Shown piece by piece: positions 58,099 through 64,000 of a stretch of DNA of 64,000 nt (the first letter of the stretch is position 1; each line of letters begins with the position of its first letter). The DNA is from a virus. Taxonomy: Duplodnaviria > Caudoviricetes. The stretch is taken from IMG/VR virus record IMGVR_UViG_3300025711_000239, positions 54,645-118,644 of that record; one strand, given 5' to 3'. The notes below the pieces were generated by a model, which saw only the letters and a list, made by a program, of their open reading frames with translations, searched no databases and was not told the DNA's origin. The translations under genes and the position numbers were made by a program.

Positions 58099-59049
58099 AT
58101 GAAAAATATGGAAATTGAGAAAAACACGATTGATGATGTTATGCGGGCTGTGTTTGAAAATATCCTGTCAAATGGTGTTCCTGTTGAAACAACACGGGGA
58201 CCGACAAAAGAGATTCTGGGTACACACATCATTTTGAGCAATCCGATTTGCCGGATTAGCAGAACAGAATCCAGAGGTAAAATATTCACCTGTCTGGGTG
58301 AGTTGATGTGGTACCTATCAGGCAGTGACGAGGTTGAATCTATTCGCTATTACATCTCAAAATACCAGGATTCTGCAGAAAGTGATGGCACAATTAATGG
58401 CGCTTACGGACCTCGTCTCTTTGGTACCAAGAATGAAATTAACCAGATTGAGAATGTCATCCGGCTTTTAAAAAAACGCAACACATCTAGGCGAGCAGCC
58501 ATACAGCTTTTTGACGCAAACGATATAGCCCATCCCTTCGTTGAAGTCCCCTGTACTGTCGGGCTCCAGTTTGCGATTAGGAATGATTCCCTCGATATGT
58601 TCACATTCATGCGCTCTAACGATGCGCGAGCAGGACTGGTTCACGACATATTTGCATTCACGATGCTTCAGGAAATGATTGCAAAAACCCTCGGTTTAAA
58701 TTTGGGCGTTTATCGCCATTATGCGGCAAGTCTGCACATCTATACCGAGGATATTCCCCTCATCGAAGCTGCGCTTAAAGAGGGTTATGCGCCATCTGCA
58801 CCAGTTATGGTGGCAATGCCCACAGAGGATATAAATCACTACTTATGCATCATTGTTGATGCAGAGAAACGCATCCGAGAGGGCGACATTCCAGACATTG
58901 ATACGCTAAGCCTGAGTGAATACTGGAAAGATGTCCTTCGTATGCTGGCGATATTCAGATGCAAAAAAGACAAGGACTTGCCAGCTGCTCGGTCCATTGC
59001 CGGGAAATTGCAAAATCAGTCATACAAAATTTATCTTGAGTGGTTGTGA
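58099..59049 (+). CDS. Thymidylate synthase-fold enzyme (dCMP hydroxymethylase-like)
   Basis: AYGPR, SRRA, PCT, MRSND, HD in place of the PFN Asn, and SLHIY. Confidence 0.85.
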   Translation: MKNMEIEKNTIDDVMRAVFENILSNGVPVETTRGPTKEILGTHIILSNPICRISRTESRGKIFTCLGELMWYLSGSDEVESIRYYISKYQDSAESDGTINGAYGPRLFGTKNEINQIENVIRLLKKRNTSRRAAIQLFDANDIAHPFVEVPCTVGLQFAIRNDSLDMFTFMRSNDARAGLVHDIFAFTMLQEMIAKTLGLNLGVYRHYAASLHIYTEDIPLIEAALKEGYAPSAPVMVAMPTEDINHYLCIIVDAEKRIREGDIPDIDTLSLSEYWKDVLRMLAIFRCKKDKDLPAARSIAGKLQNQSYKIYLEWL

Positions 59050-59996
59050 GGGAGAAAATGAAACGACAGGATCTAATTGATGAAATTTCAGAGCAGCTCG
59101 AATCGTTCAGTACACACGAAATCCCGCTCAGGGGATTAGATACCCCCGACAAAATCACAACGCTCGCCGCACAGATACTCGACAGCAAGCGTCGTATTGA
59201 GTACGTCGGAGCCATTGGTAGAAATAAGATATCCCCGCTTCGGGGAAATCCCCACAGCGATATTTTTGATCCGCTACGAGCTGCATGGTTGCATGTTTAT
59301 GAAGGGAATGTAGATGAGGCGTGCTGGCTTATTTTCCTGTCCACCCACTTTGGCAAACATCTCAAATATGGTTGGCAATTGTGCGCCGACATTTATGGTG
59401 GACTCGGTGGCGATGTATGGACTTGGGAGAAAGTGGTTGCGGAAGTGGACACCTTTCACGCCTGGTATGAGGGCTGCTATCGCCAGATGCTGGCAGACGG
59501 TCAGAAAAGAAGGTTTGGGAACCATAGAAAGTACGAATCCCTCAAACCGGACAGCAAGCGCCCCCTTCCACGCGTTATCAGCTCATACGTAGCGTGGGTA
59601 GGAAACGTAGGTAGTCACGAAGCGCGATTTGCTGAAGCCAAAGCCGCATCTAGTAGTCAGGAAGAGTACTTTGATATTCTTTACCGAAGCATGAGGGCTG
59701 TTTTGTCATTTGGGCGGGCTGGAAGGTTCGACTTTCTGACAATGCTCATCAAGTTCTGCATTATTGATGCCAAGCCGGGAACGCTGTATCTGAACGGGGC
59801 AACAGGACCTCTGGATGGCGCAAACCTTCTATTTTACGGTGAAGCGAGAAATGCGGCCAATTATAAGGTATTAGACGATCTTCTGGCGAGGCTCAGCGCC
59901 TTCATGGACATGGGACTGCTTGAAATGCAAATTCTTGAGGATGCTCTTTGCAACTGGCAGAAATCACCCTCTCGCCACGTTTACTTTGGCGGATGA
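59040..59996 (+). CDS. alpha-glutamyl/putrescinyl thymine pyrophosphorylase-like (clade 3) protein
   Basis: FDPL.AA, EACWL.FL..HFG, FGNHRKYESL, FGR..RFD.L, GATGP..GA and EDALCNWQK motifs; coupled to the TS-fold gene. Confidence 0.7.
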   Translation: MVVREKMKRQDLIDEISEQLESFSTHEIPLRGLDTPDKITTLAAQILDSKRRIEYVGAIGRNKISPLRGNPHSDIFDPLRAAWLHVYEGNVDEACWLIFLSTHFGKHLKYGWQLCADIYGGLGGDVWTWEKVVAEVDTFHAWYEGCYRQMLADGQKRRFGNHRKYESLKPDSKRPLPRVISSYVAWVGNVGSHEARFAEAKAASSSQEEYFDILYRSMRAVLSFGRAGRFDFLTMLIKFCIIDAKPGTLYLNGATGPLDGANLLFYGEARNAANYKVLDDLLARLSAFMDMGLLEMQILEDALCNWQKSPSRHVYFGG

Positions 59997-59998
59997 TT

Positions 59999-61081
59999 TC
60001 AGGACAGATCTTCACGGTTATATTTGACTTTGAATTTGGCAAAATGATCAAAGGGAATTTTTTGGGCGTGCTGTAACTGCCCCAGCACTATCCCTTTTGA
60101 TACACCAATTTTCCGAGCAAATTTAATAATATTTTTCCAATTTCGCCCACTCAGCTTGTCAAACTCTGCACGGTATGCTGGGGGAATCAGGACGTTGCTG
60201 GAAAACTCGTTTGCTTCCTGTTCTTCTTTTTCAGAAAGGCCACTCATTCCTTCTATGCGGTGCTGTTCACAGTTGTGCAGAACCAGATGGCCAATCTCAT
60301 GGAACAACGTAAACCAAAAATGATCGTCTCTGAGATACCGAAAACTCATTATTAGTGTCGCTTTGCCAGACTCAAAAAAACAGGTAGCGCCGCTTGCTGG
60401 ACAACCTGTTGGCGTTGGCAGGATCACAAGCGCTACACCAGCGTCAGCGAGTATGCTGCGTATCGCAGGAAGAAATACTTTGGGATCAGCTTCAAGAGAA
60501 TGTTTTCTTAAAGCTTCTAGGCTGCCTTTAAGTATTTCCTTATCCCATGCATAAGTTCTCTGTTTTCGCGAAATATATTCAGCTTTCTTGAGCCAAGTTA
60601 TTACGGCCATTTCTTCCGTTCTGAAAGCTTCAGATTTTCTGAAAGCTATAGCAGTCTGTTTACTTTTATAATAATCAAACCATTCAGGTACAGATGAAAC
60701 GCCGAAAAAACTCAGGCAATACTCTACTTTTTTATTACCACTCAGGCCCTTCGGGATCCAACCCAGTTTACTCATATCTGACGTAGGCAGAGACTGAACC
60801 CATTCATTATTTTGGCGAATGATGGCATCTTTATGTTGGCGATATTTATTTTCACGACTGAGCCAGAAAGTCGTGCTGACATTGAAGAGAGATTCAAGTT
60901 TGTTGGCAATCTTCTCAGTGAGAATAAGCTCACCAGAAATCAACTCACGACTTTTAATCATGGAAAGGCCAACTCTTTTACTGAGCTCTTCTTCGTTGAA
61001 ACCAAGTTCATCCATGAGGTCTATTATGGTATCTCCGGGGGCTGACACCCAATCCGTGTTAAATCCGTTATCAGAAACCAT
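59999..61081 (-). CDS. HigA-type HTH fused to ImmA/IrrE metallopeptidase
   Basis: PG..I HTH; DHFWFTLFHEIGH; E.EAN.F. Confidence 0.88.
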   Translation of the reverse strand: MVSDNGFNTDWVSAPGDTIIDLMDELGFNEEELSKRVGLSMIKSRELISGELILTEKIANKLESLFNVSTTFWLSRENKYRQHKDAIIRQNNEWVQSLPTSDMSKLGWIPKGLSGNKKVEYCLSFFGVSSVPEWFDYYKSKQTAIAFRKSEAFRTEEMAVITWLKKAEYISRKQRTYAWDKEILKGSLEALRKHSLEADPKVFLPAIRSILADAGVALVILPTPTGCPASGATCFFESGKATLIMSFRYLRDDHFWFTLFHEIGHLVLHNCEQHRIEGMSGLSEKEEQEANEFSSNVLIPPAYRAEFDKLSGRNWKNIIKFARKIGVSKGIVLGQLQHAQKIPFDHFAKFKVKYNREDLS

Positions 61082-61523
61082 AATCTTCGCCTATATGAAC
61101 CAATTTCAACCGAGTTACCCGACCCCAATCAAGTGAATTGTCTGCCTGACGGGGTGGTTTGAGATGACCATTTACAAAGTACATCTTAACGCCTTCGCTA
61201 AGGTTAATTGTAACGTAATCGCATCCATTTTCGCATAAAAACTCTGTTTTAAGAAAACTTGGAAGCTCAGCTATCGATGCTGAAGACCAGATATCAGCAC
61301 ACCGCACGCGCAGTTTTGCAGCTACGGCATCACCGAACAAATTTATCCCTGCTTCTTTAAACTCAACTGAATCTCTGAGTTCGGAACTGTCACAAAAAAT
61401 CTGCAATGGGTTACCAACGCTGAGCGATTTATCAGAGAATATTATATTGTAATGTATAAAAAATCCACGGTTTAACGGGCAGGTACATGAGGATGTCAAT
61501 GAAATTTCAATAATTACGCTCAC
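61071..61523 (-). CDS. HigB-like (killer suppression) protein
   Basis: Overlaps the antitoxin start; G..VA.KL..R...I and DW..V..L motifs; true start probably further downstream. Confidence 0.55.
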   Translation of the reverse strand: MSVIIEISLTSSCTCPLNRGFFIHYNIIFSDKSLSVGNPLQIFCDSSELRDSVEFKEAGINLFGDAVAAKLRVRCADIWSSASIAELPSFLKTEFLCENGCDYVTINLSEGVKMYFVNGHLKPPRQADNSLDWGRVTRLKLVHIGEDYGF

Positions 61524-61787
61524 CTCTTAGTAGAAACTGTCATCTAGGAACAGTGAACAAAGCTTATAACTAAAATCTCCTCATTTTTCCGCTGTAGCTC
61601 TCTGGTCCTACCCACGAAATGCGAACTCACTTTGTTGCGGCCAATATTGATCTCCATTCGGCATTCTATTCTTTATCATCCATTTGGAACGCACCATGAC
61701 TAGTAAGCAGCGCATAAAGCACTAAGGGTACCTGACCAACTCTCCGTTGATTCACTCATAACGCTGTTAGCAATGTCCGCTTTTCGT

Positions 61788-63031
61788 TGTGAGTTCAACG
61801 GGTCGATGCAACGCTATCCTTAATCAAGGGGGGCGTTGCCATGAAACGAAGAACTCGGATTAACTACACGCCAGAGCAGAAGGCGATTATCTGGGACAGA
61901 TATAAGCAAGGTGATTATCTGGGACAGATATAAGCAAGGTGATTCCCTGCATGATATCGCCAGAATGTTCGACAGATATCATTCTTCTATTATGCCCAAT
62001 ATCCATCAGACTGGTGGATACCGCCCCCTGTCCAAAAGCGGCATCCGTTAGCGCTTTCACTTGATGAAAGAGAGGAAATATCCAGAGCGCTGGTAGCAAA
62101 ATCAGCATCAGGGCGATCGCAAACAAACTATCGAGAGCCCCCTCAACGATTAGCCGGGAAATAAAGAGGCACGCTGGTGCAAATCAATACCGTGCATCAA
62201 AAGCGGATACTGCTGCGTGGGAAAATGCTCTGAGACTAAAACCTTGCAAGCTAATTGAAAGACCCAAAGTGTAGAATCATCGCAGAGAAGATGCATCAGG
62301 ACTGGTCGCCGGAACAAATCGCCGGTTGGCATAAACGCTGTTATCCGGATAATCAGGAAATGCATGTGCCACACGGAACGATATATAAAACGCTTTTTAT
62401 ACAAACCCGGGGTGCATTAAAAAAAGAACTGCAGCAATGCCTCAGAAGCGTAAGAGTCGTGCGTAGATCCAGAACATCATCGCTTAAAGGGAAAGGATTA
62501 GGGTCAATCCGGGATACGATCTCTATCAGCGAAAGACCACCTGAAGCCGCTGACAGAGCCATACCCGGTCACTGGGAAGGTGACCTGATCCAGGGCTCTA
62601 AAACTCCTATATCGTCACCCTCGTAGAACGTCATTCCCGTTTTGTTATGCTGGCCAGGATCGGGGACAACAAGACCATAACGGTTATATCTGCACTCATC
62701 AAACAAGCCCGGGAATTACCTGCTGAGCTTTATAAAACATTAACATGGGGCTGGGGCGCTGAAATGACCAGCCACACCCGGTTTACTGTAGCCACAAATA
62801 TCCAGGTTTACTTCTGCAATCCTCAATCCCCCTGGCAACGCGACTCCAATGAAAATACAAACAGATTGCTTAGGCAGTATTTTCCAAAAGGAACTGACTT
62901 ATCGGTTCACAGCCAGCAAAGACTAGACAGTGTTGCCAGGCAGCTCAACGAGAGGCCAAGAAAAACGCTAGACTATGAATCACCCGCAGAGCGTTTTAAC
63001 CAATGTGTTGCATCCATCGGTTGAACTCACA
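61788..63031 (+). mobile_element. IS30-family element with inactivated transposase
   Basis: Terminal IRs TGTGAGTTCAAC..GATGCAAC; fragments WSPEQI, GHWEGD, SPWQR..NENTN.LLRQYFPKG; frameshifts plus a 28-bp tandem duplication at 61885-61940. Confidence 0.92.
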
Positions 63032-63082
63032 GCGAAAAGCGGACATTGCTAACAGCGGTCTATGTGAAACTCGCGGAGCAGG

Positions 63083-64000
63083 TCACCTATATGTCTGAAC
63101 TTTGAACTCACTGAGATCACTACTTTCAACTATCTCAAAAAAATTGATGTCATTTTTCATATTTTTATCAATAAGGTTTTTGAAGGAAAGTTTACGTTCC
63201 TTACTCATTCTCAAGCCAAAAATGACTTGGTTCAATGTCCCAGGAAAATCAAACAAACCAGATTCTTCTTCAATGTAACGCCATTCTTTTTCATACTTCC
63301 AAGCAGGAGTTTTAGTGCTGATGGTTGATCTAAATGTATCGTCTTCAAATGAAACTCTTTGAATATTAGATACGCCACTGTAGGGTGCCATAATGTGCAC
63401 TTCGTTTTTAAAACCAACCTTGAACGTAGGTTTTTCTTTGGCGTAATTAACAGGTAAACAATTTCGGGCGCTAGCTAATTTACAATCACCAGATGTACTA
63501 AATCCAAATACAATACCTTTATGATTATCTCCATAGTGTGCCCACATCAATTCATTGCTACAAGTTTCACTAAGGCTAAAAACCCCAACTAAAGACAGGC
63601 GGTGTCGCATATCTTTAAATATATCTCTTGGATTTGACAACTTCATACCATGTTCAGAATATAGAGTCCGAAGAGCCTTCATTTTTCGATCGTGACTCAA
63701 GTTTCTAAAACGCTTCAACCATTTTCTAGTTGATCGTTCATTCATTGAAAAAAGCGTTTCCGGTGGCTGAAATGTAGGCATGGTAGTTACAGCCCCCATT
63801 ATTTGCCCCCGCTCTAGTTCAAGAATTGTCCTTTCCTCCCAATCTTTGGGAATCTCACCAATTCTACATTCTAACGGATCATTTAGTTGTTTTGGGGATG
63901 CAAGCCAGATTTTTTTATTTTTAATTATTTCTTCTGTTCGCTCAGAATCATCTCTATACTTATAAAGAACCTCGGGCTTTATTTTTTCAGGCTCAGTCAC
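63083..64000 (-). CDS. DUF2971-family protein (start at window edge)
   Basis: LYKYR, NDPLE, LMWAHY.D.HKG and K...W.YEKEWR motifs. Confidence 0.8.
   Translation of the reverse strand: MTEPEKIKPEVLYKYRDDSERTEEIIKNKKIWLASPKQLNDPLECRIGEIPKDWEERTILELERGQIMGAVTTMPTFQPPETLFSMNERSTRKWLKRFRNLSHDRKMKALRTLYSEHGMKLSNPRDIFKDMRHRLSLVGVFSLSETCSNELMWAHYGDNHKGIVFGFSTSGDCKLASARNCLPVNYAKEKPTFKVGFKNEVHIMAPYSGVSNIQRVSFEDDTFRSTISTKTPAWKYEKEWRYIEEESGLFDFPGTLNQVIFGLRMSKERKLSFKNLIDKNMKNDINFFEIVESSDLSEFKVQTYR

Noticed and set aside
61885-61940. 28-bp tandem repeat as a regulatory repeat
   Set aside because: It is a local duplication that frameshifts the dead IS30 transposase.
1-64000. Retron, DGR or invertible tail-fibre system
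   Set aside because: No reverse transcriptase, TR/VR pair or Cin-type invertase is visible in this window.

Overview
This window is part of a P1/D6-type phage-plasmid (Punavirus-like) from an enterobacterium. The recombinase site resembles the Pantoea pox site, so the host may be Pantoea/Erwiniaceae (inference). The recognisable backbone includes rdgC/hrdC, tail/baseplate genes 5-6-24-7-25-26, ref, and an iteron RepA replicon with DnaA boxes and GATC repeats. It also has a Cre/Dre-family recombinase with its 34-bp site, c1, pacB/pacA with a pac site, ParM/ParR, lpa, tciABC-like genes, pmgS, mat, lxc, ulx, darB, portal, protease, repL and lysozyme. Cargo includes a colicin-M-like bacteriocin with cognate and orphan immunity genes, two umuDC pairs, TA modules, a glycosyltransferase plus acetyltransferase, and an AT-rich right-end island (Mrr-type nuclease, TS-fold enzyme plus aGPT-PPlase-like gene, HigB/HigA-ImmA, decayed IS30, DUF2971). 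Main hunt results: (1) three Tad2/DUF2829-like sponge domains, one fused to a TetR-like HTH and one under C4 antisense control; (2) an unannotated divergent type I TA candidate beside the origin; (3) a putative nucleotide-modification defence module; (4) two dispersed operator families and a late-promoter motif read directly from the sequence; (5) very high Chi density with Chi-pair hairpins; (6) a tRNA-like ncRNA region. All family assignments come from motif recognition and P1 synteny, not from database searches.
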